This document shows, piece after piece, positions 1 to 6,850 of a stretch of 21,648 bases of DNA (positions are counted from its first letter, which is position 1; every line of letters starts with the position of its first letter). The DNA comes from Candidatus Krumholzibacteriales bacterium (GTDB lineage: Bacteria; Krumholzibacteriota; Krumholzibacteriia; Krumholzibacteriales; WJIX01). The DNA is taken from NCBI GenBank assembly GCA_046483305.1, contig JAWODM010000061.1:1-21648 (forward strand), written 5' to 3'. A program made the position numbers and the translations under genes. The notes beneath the pieces are model-generated. The model saw nothing but the letters and a program-made list of their open reading frames with translations. It had not been told where the DNA came from and ran no database searches.

Positions 1-138
1 GTTATGGGATACTTCCAGAACACAAAGAGCTGCAAGAGGATCGTTATGAGCCTGTTTTATTACTTCAACAGTAAGTGGGATAACAACAGAAAAGAGATAA
101 TAGAACCTATAGCCGATTACTTTAAACTGGCAGCTTAA
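1..138 (+). CDS. 3' end of an IS256-family transposase (partial, starts before the window)
   Basis: Frame 1 is open from the window edge: VMGYFQNTKSCKRIVMSLFYYFNSKWDNNRKEIIEPIADYFKLAA*, with TAA at 136-138. It resembles the IS256 C-terminal pattern (V/M)GxFPNxxSxxR(L/I)V...NxxW and is followed by an IS256-like terminal repeat. Not in the ORF track. Confidence 0.75.
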   Translation, partial: VMGYFQNTKSCKRIVMSLFYYFNSKWDNNRKEIIEPIADYFKLAA

Positions 139-191
139 GAAAGGAATCCTGAGAATGTATCATCTTTTTACACACAATTCTTTACATTACC
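1..191 (+). mobile_element. Right end of an IS256-family insertion sequence, with right terminal inverted repeat at about 165-191
   Basis: TTTTTACACACAATTCTTTACATTACC (165-191) matches the typical IS256-family right end (TTTACACAxAxTTxTTxACAxTACC), about 27 nt after the transposase stop. The left IR and other target duplication would lie outside the window. Confidence 0.72.
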
Positions 192-219
192 TATCTATAG
201 TGGTTGTTTATTATTTGTC

Positions 220-250
220 TTGACTCCCCCAACTGACTGAATCATATTAT
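220..250 (+). promoter_or_regulatory. Putative sigma70-type promoter for the riboswitch-crcB transcript
   Basis: -35 TTGACT at 220-225; -10 CATATT at 243-248 (17-nt spacer) or TATTAT at 245-250 (19-nt spacer). The predicted start falls just before the aptamer's first G (257). Confidence 0.6.
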
Positions 251-256
251 TCATCC

Positions 257-309
257 GGGGATGGAGTCCCCCTGCTATAACCGCCCGGATCGGGCTAATG
301 ACTCCTGCC
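257..309 (+). ncRNA. Fluoride riboswitch (crcB motif) aptamer
   Basis: GGGGATGGAGTCCCCC-TGCTATAACC-GCCCG-GAT-CGGGC-TAATGACTCCTGC. P1 is GGGG/CCCC, the pseudoknot is GGAGTC (263-268) with GACTCC (300-305), and P2 is GCCCG/CGGGC (283-287/291-295). The conserved GCTAATGAC..CT segment is present, and the motif sits upstream of crcB. Confidence 0.95.
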
Positions 310-352
310 ACTCAGGATATTGCAGTGGAGGAGTCGCCAGAATGCGAAACTG

Positions 353-381
353 AACCCGCTGCAAGGCGGGTTTTTGCATTT
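353..381 (+). terminator. Intrinsic terminator in the riboswitch expression platform
   Basis: Stem AACCCGC (353-359) / GCGGGTT (366-372), with a U-G-closed GCAA tetraloop and a TTTTTGCATTT tail. It lies between the aptamer and the crcB RBS. Confidence 0.7.
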
Positions 382-425
382 CGCCTGCTCCGTATCGGTT
401 GCATAAAGAAGGAGGACTCAACACA

Positions 426-812
426 ATGTTGTATAAAATCACCTGCCTCGCCATAGCTGGAGCCACGGGGACAATAGCGCGGTTCGGACTGACCAGGCTC
501 ATACAGAAACTGCACAACACATCACTTCCCTGGGAGACTATGTTGGTGAACCTGGCAGGGTGCTTTATTGCCGGAATATTATGGACATTGTTCGAACACA
601 GATGGCCCGGATCGGAAGAGATCCAGACACTGGTCATGATCGGATTCATTGGATCCTTTACGACTTTTTCTTCTCTGATCCTTGAAACCAACAACCTGTT
701 TAACGCTGACGGGTGGGTTCATGCATCCGTGAATCTGGTCGTCCACAATGGTATGGGGATCATCATTCTACTCGCAGGAATCAGTGTCGGGCGGATAATA
801 ACTCGGTTCTAG
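426..812 (+). CDS. crcB: Fluoride channel Fluc/CrcB (128 aa)
   Basis: Four hydrophobic segments, GxxAR in TM1, PWxT..VN..GCF..G, and GFIGSFTTFSS..E. ATG at 426 follows RBS AAGGAGG (409-415) and is preferred over the TTG at 399. Downstream of a fluoride riboswitch. Confidence 0.95.
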   Translation: MLYKITCLAIAGATGTIARFGLTRLIQKLHNTSLPWETMLVNLAGCFIAGILWTLFEHRWPGSEEIQTLVMIGFIGSFTTFSSLILETNNLFNADGWVHASVNLVVHNGMGIIILLAGISVGRIITRF

Positions 813-824
813 GATCTTAAAAAC

Positions 825-900
<76 letters not shown>

Positions 901-945
901 GCAGAATACAAATCATATATATATATGTACTTCGTACAGTAATAG

Positions 946-974
946 AAAATAGTAACTGACGGGCTTTTTGTCAA
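946..974 (-). promoter_or_regulatory. Sigma70-type promoter of tRNA-Asn
   Basis: Minus strand TTGACA (974-969), 17-nt spacer, TATTTT (951-946), about 45 nt upstream of the tRNA 5' end. Confidence 0.75.
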
Positions 975-985
975 TCCCCAAAAAT

Positions 986-2608
986 CTATTCAGCCAGATT
1001 TGCAGTAAGTTTCTTATCTTCATCCCCCATCATTCTTTTCAGGTCCCTGGCAAGGAGCTGAACGGGGGTAAGAACCGGAATACCGGCCATTCTCTCCCTG
1101 GCCATGGGCATCTGATCTCCGTAATCTCTCTGCAGCATATCGGAGATCTGGATGCGGCACATGGGGCAGGAGGTTGCGACTACATCCGTCGAAGCTTTTG
1201 CAATAGCCAGGGCCTTCTCCCTTCCCACCCGGGCGGAAATCTCCGGCTCTGTGAAGCTGAACAGCCCCCCTCCTCCGCAGCAGGCATCGGCATCATCCAT
1301 CTCCCTGAACCTGAACCCCGGCAGGAGCTTAAGAATGTACTCGGGCTGGGCTGATATCTTCTGTCCCCTCCCCAGATGGCAGGGGTGGTGATAAACCACG
1401 GCCGGCCTTCCATCGCCGGACTTTCCTTCCGGGGGCTCCGCGCCGCCTTGGGCCTCTCCCGAAAAGAGAGACTGGTAATCGGGGCTCCCGGCACGGAATC
1501 CCAGCAGATCTGCCACCAGCTCGTTGATATCCCTCACCCTTCCGCTGATATGATCCACGTAGAGCTTTCCCGCTTCAGAGAGATTTCCCCCGGAGGGCCT
1601 GCTCCTGAAGACCTCATCTTCCCGGTCATAAATTATCCCGGAATACCCGTCTTCCAGTCCCAGAAGCCCGGGGTATTCTGTTTTCAGCATCAGTCCTCCC
1701 GAGGCGCAGGAGGTAACCAGCCAGTCGAAACGGTAACCTGAAAGTATCCGGGCCAGTTTTTCCGCCCCCCCGGCCGCTCTAGCGGTATCTCCGGCATAGA
1801 GAGCGGGGGCGGAGCAGCAGGTCTGATCGGCGGGGATTTCCACATCGATCCCCAGCAGATTCAGGACCAGCACGACATCCTCCGCTTCTTCGCCGAAAAA
1901 CTGATTGACCGCATCTCCCACCAGAAAGCACGCTCTGCGGCCGTTCTTCTGATTTTCCTCCCTGGCGGAGGTCATTTTCTCCAGCAGCTCCTCCGCGGCG
2001 GCCGTATCGAAATCCTCCCCCCCGGCCGGGGGATTCATACTGGCGAAGGCCGAATCCATCCCGGAAGACCGGAACAGATTATGGCTGGATTGGATAAACG
2101 GTTCCCGGGCCGGAAGCGGCAGCAGCCTCTGTACCGGCCATCCAAGAACAGGATAGAGGAATCTGATAAAAGACTTTCCGCGTCCCCGGTGGGGAGCGGC
2201 TTTTTCCCTGATTCCCAGCATTCTCATTACCCTGAAAACAAGATCATCCGCCCCGTCAAGCAGCCTCAGAGCGGCCTTCTTGAATAGAGGAATAACACCT
2301 CTCCTGCCCATCTCTGCCAGTACCTCCAGAACAACCCGGTCGCCCCGCGCTCCCGACGGACAACTCTCTTCGCATCTCTTGCAATGAAGGCAGACATCGA
2401 ACACCTTCCGGACAGTCTTTTCGCTGAGGTCCTCTCCCCTGAAGAAAGCCTCCGCAATCTCAATCTTGCCCCTGGCGGAAGTCCACTCCAGGTTCTCGGT
2501 CCCGGTGATGGGGCAGACTTCCCTGCACTTCCCGCACCTGTTACAGCGGAGCAGGTCAAAGGCGGCGCCCTCTGCCGGATTATCCGTATTTCCTTTCCAA
2601 TCAGACAT
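986..2608 (-). CDS. (Fe-S)-binding protein, GlcF-like: two [4Fe-4S] ferredoxin motifs plus two cysteine-rich CCG domains
   Basis: CNRCGKCREVCP...SARGK...CLHCKRCEESCP; CCG domain 1 (QTCCSAP...TSCASG); CCG domain 2 (YHHPCHLGRGQ...CCGGGG...TSCPMCRIQI). RBS-like AGGTGA lies upstream of the ATG. Confidence 0.85.
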   Translation of the reverse strand: MSDWKGNTDNPAEGAAFDLLRCNRCGKCREVCPITGTENLEWTSARGKIEIAEAFFRGEDLSEKTVRKVFDVCLHCKRCEESCPSGARGDRVVLEVLAEMGRRGVIPLFKKAALRLLDGADDLVFRVMRMLGIREKAAPHRGRGKSFIRFLYPVLGWPVQRLLPLPAREPFIQSSHNLFRSSGMDSAFASMNPPAGGEDFDTAAAEELLEKMTSAREENQKNGRRACFLVGDAVNQFFGEEAEDVVLVLNLLGIDVEIPADQTCCSAPALYAGDTARAAGGAEKLARILSGYRFDWLVTSCASGGLMLKTEYPGLLGLEDGYSGIIYDREDEVFRSRPSGGNLSEAGKLYVDHISGRVRDINELVADLLGFRAGSPDYQSLFSGEAQGGAEPPEGKSGDGRPAVVYHHPCHLGRGQKISAQPEYILKLLPGFRFREMDDADACCGGGGLFSFTEPEISARVGREKALAIAKASTDVVATSCPMCRIQISDMLQRDYGDQMPMARERMAGIPVLTPVQLLARDLKRMMGDEDKKLTANLAE

Positions 2609-2634
2609 TACATCACCTGTAACTCCGGCTGCGG

Positions 2635-3969
2635 CTATCTTTCCAGAATTAACGAGCCGGGATCAAATAAGCGGTAAAGCTCCGCTTCTGTCTTCTCAAC
2701 TTCGTTCCGGCGGGCCGGGACGGGCTCTTCAACCCTTTTATCAAGGTACTCCCTGAGAGAGAAGGGAGTATCCATACCCTTGATCAGCTGATCTACAGCA
2801 ACCGGCTCGCCCCCGCTCAGAATATTCTTAATGTAATTCGTTCCCAGGGGAAGCTTTCCTTTCCCCCTTTCCAGCAGTTCAACCCTCAGGGAGTTTGCGT
2901 CCTGTTTCATCGCCCTGATAATATCCCTGCCGTATTCCCCGGCGCCATCGAGCCCCAACGGCTCTGAGCCATGAAGGGGCAGCAGCAGGTGAACCCTTCC
3001 GGGGTAAAGGTCATACCAGGTTATTCCAACCGGGCTGCGCTTGAATTCCGGCACAGTATCGTATGAAATATGAAGGGCGCACTCACAGGGGTTGCTCCCG
3101 GCGAAAAGGCGGCCGAAAAGTTCGGGCAACCGCGCCTCCCCGATGCAGGTGAACAGCCTGTCCATCCCTGCCCGTTCTGATATTCCCTCCAGGCGCTCCA
3201 CCGTTCCGGCCAGCCCCCTTTCGCTTTCGCTCTCAACCCTGACTGCCAGCACTGCTTCAGCTTCTCCCGGTTCGTACCCGCTCCCGGTGTGGGCCTCTGA
3301 AATCATGGAGGCCGCACGGTCCAGGAAAAGGTACTGGCATACCGGTCCGGCCTCTCTGTTGATCTCCAGCGAAACTTCTGCTGACCGTTCGATACCGCAG
3401 GAATAGAAGTGAACCTGCCTTAAACGGGGAGCCTGAAGAAGCCGCACTGCCGCCCGGGATATCAGGCCGCAGCGGCCCAGAGAACCGAAGCAGAATCCCG
3501 TCAGGTCGTACCCGGCGACATCCTTTACCGATCTGGAGCCGGAAGTGATCAACTGCCCTCCGGGAGTAATCAGCTCCATGGATAGAATATATTCCCGGAC
3601 GCCGCCGTATACGCGCCTCAGATCCGATACGCAGGCTTCATCGATAAGCTGCGCCAGGGTAATCCCCCGGGTGCAGATATCTCCGGCGGGAAAGAATAAA
3701 CCTTTATCCTCGACCGCTTCCTTCAAATCGGACACCAGCGCGCCTCCCCCGGCTACCGCCAGCATATCCGGGGCGGATACTTCCTCTATGGAACTTAATC
3801 CGCCGGTGCTGACTATGATGCCGTCCTCGCCGGTACCTCCTGAATAGAACGCCCCGCTGTCGATTATCACGGAACCTCTGGTATTTCCGGAGCCGCTTCT
3901 CAGCCGGTCAGAGAATATGCAGGCCGCCTCATCGCTTCCGCCCGGCATGTACAGGTTTCCCTTCCTCAT
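2635..3969 (-). CDS. FAD-binding oxidoreductase, GlcD/GlcE-like (VAO/PCMH fold), degenerate
   Basis: GLFFP, YGGVREYILSMELITPGG...GSRSVKDVAGYDLTGFCFGSLGRCGLISRAAVRL (compare KxxxGYDL...GSEGTLGIIT) and C-terminal LFDPGSLI. Adjacent to the GlcF-like gene. Start codon uncertain. Confidence 0.75.
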   Translation of the reverse strand: MRKGNLYMPGGSDEAACIFSDRLRSGSGNTRGSVIIDSGAFYSGGTGEDGIIVSTGGLSSIEEVSAPDMLAVAGGGALVSDLKEAVEDKGLFFPAGDICTRGITLAQLIDEACVSDLRRVYGGVREYILSMELITPGGQLITSGSRSVKDVAGYDLTGFCFGSLGRCGLISRAAVRLLQAPRLRQVHFYSCGIERSAEVSLEINREAGPVCQYLFLDRAASMISEAHTGSGYEPGEAEAVLAVRVESESERGLAGTVERLEGISERAGMDRLFTCIGEARLPELFGRLFAGSNPCECALHISYDTVPEFKRSPVGITWYDLYPGRVHLLLPLHGSEPLGLDGAGEYGRDIIRAMKQDANSLRVELLERGKGKLPLGTNYIKNILSGGEPVAVDQLIKGMDTPFSLREYLDKRVEEPVPARRNEVEKTEAELYRLFDPGSLILER

Positions 3970-3972
3970 GGA

Positions 3973-4923
3973 TTACGCCCCCAGGAAACCGAGAACCAGG
4001 GTTATGGTAAGGATACTGGCAAGGGTAGAAACAAGAATCCCCACGGTTACCACCTCCGGCCTGCAGTCGAATTCGGTGGCGAATACCACGGCGTTCACCG
4101 CCGTGGGCATCGCCGCTTCCACGATAAACACCTTCTCCATGGTCCCGCTGAAATCGAATATTCTAACCAGGATGAGAGCTGCCGCAAATCCTCCCGCCAG
4201 CTTAATTACCGCCGCCGCGCTCCCCAGCAGCGCGGCTCTTCTTCCCATCTGCGAGGCCTCCGGAGTTTCCTCCCTCCTGCGCTTCCGGCTCAGAATACCG
4301 GATATTATGCTCTCCAGCTGCATCCCCAGAAGGAGCAGTCCCAGGGGGATGGCCGAATTACCAAGCAGGTTTATCATCTTCATGAACGGTTCCGGGGGAA
4401 GCAGGTCCAGGTGCAGAAGCGCCTTTGCCAGCACTATTGAGTACAGCATGGGTACCCTGAAAACGGTTTTCAATGCCCTGGCAGGGCTGCTTCTTCCGGC
4501 GCTGGCGGTATAGATGCCCAGGGTAGACTGCATCGCCGAGGAACCGGCAACGAATATGGCTGCGTACATTACTCCTTCATCACCGAAAGCGAGCATACAT
4601 ACGGGAATGCCGTAAAAACCGCTGTTGGAGAACATGGACGCCAGAGAGAGAGCGTTCCTGGTAACCCTGTTCTCCCCAAGCATAAACCCGGCTGCCTGCG
4701 CAACGGCAAACAGAGTGGAGGTCAGAATGGCGATAAAGAGAAGAGCCTGCAGCAGTACCGGGATCCCGGTACTGTGCCTGGTCAAAGCGGCGAATATCAG
4801 GGCGGGGGAAAGAATATACAGCTGGGTCCTGGAAAAAACCTTTTCGTCGACCCTTCCCAGCCGCCTGAGAATAAATCCCAGTATTACGATGAAAAAAATA
4901 GGAAGTATTACACCTGCAAGCAT
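3973..4923 (-). CDS. AEC (auxin efflux carrier / malate permease-like) family membrane transporter
   Basis: 316 aa with about 10 hydrophobic segments; motifs ILPIF..I.LG, YILSPALIF, FSNSGFYGIP...FG, SAIPLGLLLLG, EAAMPTAVN and ILVSTLAS. Confidence 0.88.
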   Translation of the reverse strand: MLAGVILPIFFIVILGFILRRLGRVDEKVFSRTQLYILSPALIFAALTRHSTGIPVLLQALLFIAILTSTLFAVAQAAGFMLGENRVTRNALSLASMFSNSGFYGIPVCMLAFGDEGVMYAAIFVAGSSAMQSTLGIYTASAGRSSPARALKTVFRVPMLYSIVLAKALLHLDLLPPEPFMKMINLLGNSAIPLGLLLLGMQLESIISGILSRKRRREETPEASQMGRRAALLGSAAAVIKLAGGFAAALILVRIFDFSGTMEKVFIVEAAMPTAVNAVVFATEFDCRPEVVTVGILVSTLASILTITLVLGFLGA

Positions 4924-4968
4924 TTTATCCTGTCCGGCCGAGTAGACACAGAATCTCAGACAGAACGA

Positions 4969-4998
4969 AAGATATCATTTTCAGCGTTCTTTATCCAA
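4969..4998 (-). promoter_or_regulatory. Possible extended -10 promoter for the AEC-FAD-FeS unit
   Basis: Minus strand TTGGAT (4998-4993), 18-nt spacer, TATCTT (4974-4969) preceded by TGn. Located between the rplQ terminator and the AEC start. Confidence 0.35.
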
Positions 4999-5018
4999 TA
5001 TCTTTAAGGGCCTTAATC

Positions 5019-5053
5019 AAAAAAGGGAGCCGCGCATTTTGGCGCCGCTCCCT
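5019..5053 (-). terminator. Intrinsic terminator ending the ribosomal superoperon
   Basis: Minus strand AGGGAGC-GGCGCCAAAATGCGCG-GCTCCCT followed by TTTTT, about 35 nt after the rplQ stop. Confidence 0.8.
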
Positions 5054-5088
5054 GTAGAATATATATAATAAGGCAGGCACCAGACCTG

Positions 5089-5775
5089 CTATTTCTCTTC
5101 TTCCTGCTCTGCCTCATCCTCTTCTTCGCCGCCCTCTTCACTCTCAGCGGGGCTTTCTTCTTCCGCCTCAGCCTCTTCCCTGCCGCCCTTATCTTCCTTT
5201 TCTTCTTCCTCCCCGGCCTTCTGCTTCTCTCCGGCGGACTCTTCCTCCCGCTCTTCCTTCTCTTCTTCCTTCTTTTTCTTCTCGGCGGCCTTTGCCTCTT
5301 CCTTCTTCTTCTTTCCGGCTTCGGCCTTGAGTTCCCTTTCCCTTACCTCTACCGGATCCTCCGGGATATCAATCTTCGGGTACTTCTTCATGGACTTCTT
5401 CTTTGCCCTCTTCTTCGCGCCTTCCGGCAGCAGCTCCAGCAGGGCCATATCGGTATTGTCTCCGGCTCGCCTGGCCATCTTGAGGACGCGGGTGTAACCG
5501 CCTGCCCTGCCTTCAAACCTGGGGCCGATATCCTCAAATAGCTTCTGAAGGACCTTCTTATCCCTGACCACTTTCGCTGCCTGCCTTCTTGATGCCAGAT
5601 CGCCCTTCTTGGCAAAGGTGATCATCCGCTCGGCTACTCTCCTGGCCTCCTTCGCTTTTCTCCTGGATGTAGTAATCCTCTCCCTCCTGAAAAGCGACGT
5701 TACCATGTTGCTGAGCATCGCCTTCCGGTGAGAAGCGGTTCTGTTGAGGCTCTTATGGTCTTTATTATGACGCAT
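5089..5775 (-). CDS. rplQ: 50S ribosomal protein L17 with long charged C-terminal extension
   Basis: MRH..LNRTASHRKAML.N...ITT...AKE...GGYTRVLK...GD...ALLEL. Start overlaps the rpoA stop (TAATG). Confidence 0.97.
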   Translation of the reverse strand: MRHNKDHKSLNRTASHRKAMLSNMVTSLFRRERITTSRRKAKEARRVAERMITFAKKGDLASRRQAAKVVRDKKVLQKLFEDIGPRFEGRAGGYTRVLKMARRAGDNTDMALLELLPEGAKKRAKKKSMKKYPKIDIPEDPVEVRERELKAEAGKKKKEEAKAAEKKKKEEEKEEREEESAGEKQKAGEEEEKEDKGGREEAEAEEESPAESEEGGEEEDEAEQEEEK

Positions 5776-6782
5776 TACTTATCCACCTCTCCCTCTTTCT
5801 CTTCTTCGTTCTTGAGGATGCCATCCACGTCCATTCCCAGATGCAGATCCATCCCGGAAAGAATATCTGTGATTTCCTTGAGGCTCTTACGGCCAAAGTT
5901 GCGGTATTTAAGCATATCGCTCTCGGTCTTCTGAACCAGGTCGCCGAGTGTATCGATTTTTGCCGCCTTCAGGCAGTTGGATGACCTCACGGAGAGCTCC
6001 AGTTCCTTCACACTTCTGTTCAGCAGCTCTCTCATCCTCAGAACTTCTTCGTTAACTTCATCATCTTCCTCTTCCTCATACGGTTCCTCATCGAAATGCA
6101 TGAACAGCAGGAAATGGTCTTTCAGTATCTTGGAAGCGTATCCCAGCGCGTCATGGGGATCAACGCTGCCGTTGGTGATGATTTCCAGGGTCAGCGAATC
6201 AAAATCTATTCTCTGGCCGACACGGGTATCCTTTACTTCGTACTTAACCTCTCTGACCGGGCTGAAATTAGCGTCTATGGGGATAAGCCCTATCTCGGTC
6301 TCATCGATATTATGCTCATCCGCCCCAACGTATCCCCTTCCATGGCCAACCAGAATCTGTATCCTCAGGGGCACTTTCTTGGTAACAGTGGCGATATGGA
6401 GATCCCTGTTCACGATTTCTATTTCGGCATCTTCCTCAATATCCGATGCCAGAATCTCACCCTTCTTCTCAACGTTCAGGGTCATAAACTTGGGTTCGTC
6501 GCAGTGCATGACCAGGATCAGCTGTTTTATGTTGAGGATGATGTCCGCAACATCTTCCTTGACGCCGTCTATTATGTCAAACTCATGCTGCACGCCGTCA
6601 ATCTTTACCGCCACCGCAGCAGCGCCCTGAATGGAAGACAGCAGGGTTCTTCTGAGAGAGTTTCCGATGGTATAGCCGAAACCCCTCTCAAAAGGCTCTA
6701 TCTTGAATTTGCCGTATGTTTCGGTCAAAACCGATTCATCTTTTTCAACTTCCTTGGGCATCAGAAGATTTCGCCATTTCAT
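5775..6782 (-). CDS. rpoA: RNA polymerase alpha subunit
   Basis: EPFERGFGYTIGNSLRRTLLSSIQG, GVKEDV, IDANFSPV, and alpha-CTD LELSVRSSNCL...NFGRKSL. Confidence 0.99.
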   Translation of the reverse strand: MKWRNLLMPKEVEKDESVLTETYGKFKIEPFERGFGYTIGNSLRRTLLSSIQGAAAVAVKIDGVQHEFDIIDGVKEDVADIILNIKQLILVMHCDEPKFMTLNVEKKGEILASDIEEDAEIEIVNRDLHIATVTKKVPLRIQILVGHGRGYVGADEHNIDETEIGLIPIDANFSPVREVKYEVKDTRVGQRIDFDSLTLEIITNGSVDPHDALGYASKILKDHFLLFMHFDEEPYEEEEDDEVNEEVLRMRELLNRSVKELELSVRSSNCLKAAKIDTLGDLVQKTESDMLKYRNFGRKSLKEITDILSGMDLHLGMDVDGILKNEEEKEGEVDK

Positions 6783-6850
6783 TTAAATGTTCCTCCTTAC
6801 AGGCCGAGCACTGCATATTGGCAATCCGAATAAACTTACGCGGAGTATAA

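Noticed and set aside
167..201. Hybrid promoter from IS-end TTTACA (167-172 or 181-186) and flanking TATAGT (196-201)
   Set aside because: Spacers are 23 and 9 nt, incompatible with sigma70 geometry.
275..694. 139-aa and 67-aa minus-strand ORFs over the riboswitch and crcB
   Set aside because: They overlap a well-supported riboswitch and crcB on the other strand and show no protein motifs.
1697..1699. Possible selenocysteine at the missing CxxC cysteine of the Fe-S protein
   Set aside because: The codon is GGA (Gly), not TGA, and the ORF has no in-frame stop to recode.
5090..5330. CTT/TCT-rich repetitive DNA resembling a tandem repeat or array
   Set aside because: Explained by the Glu/Lys codons of the L17 tail. 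There is no fixed repeat-spacer period, so it is not CRISPR.
5977..6833. 217-aa and 245-aa plus-strand ORFs opposite rpoA
   Set aside because: Antisense shadows. The poly-Ser run simply mirrors the Glu/Asp codons of rpoA.
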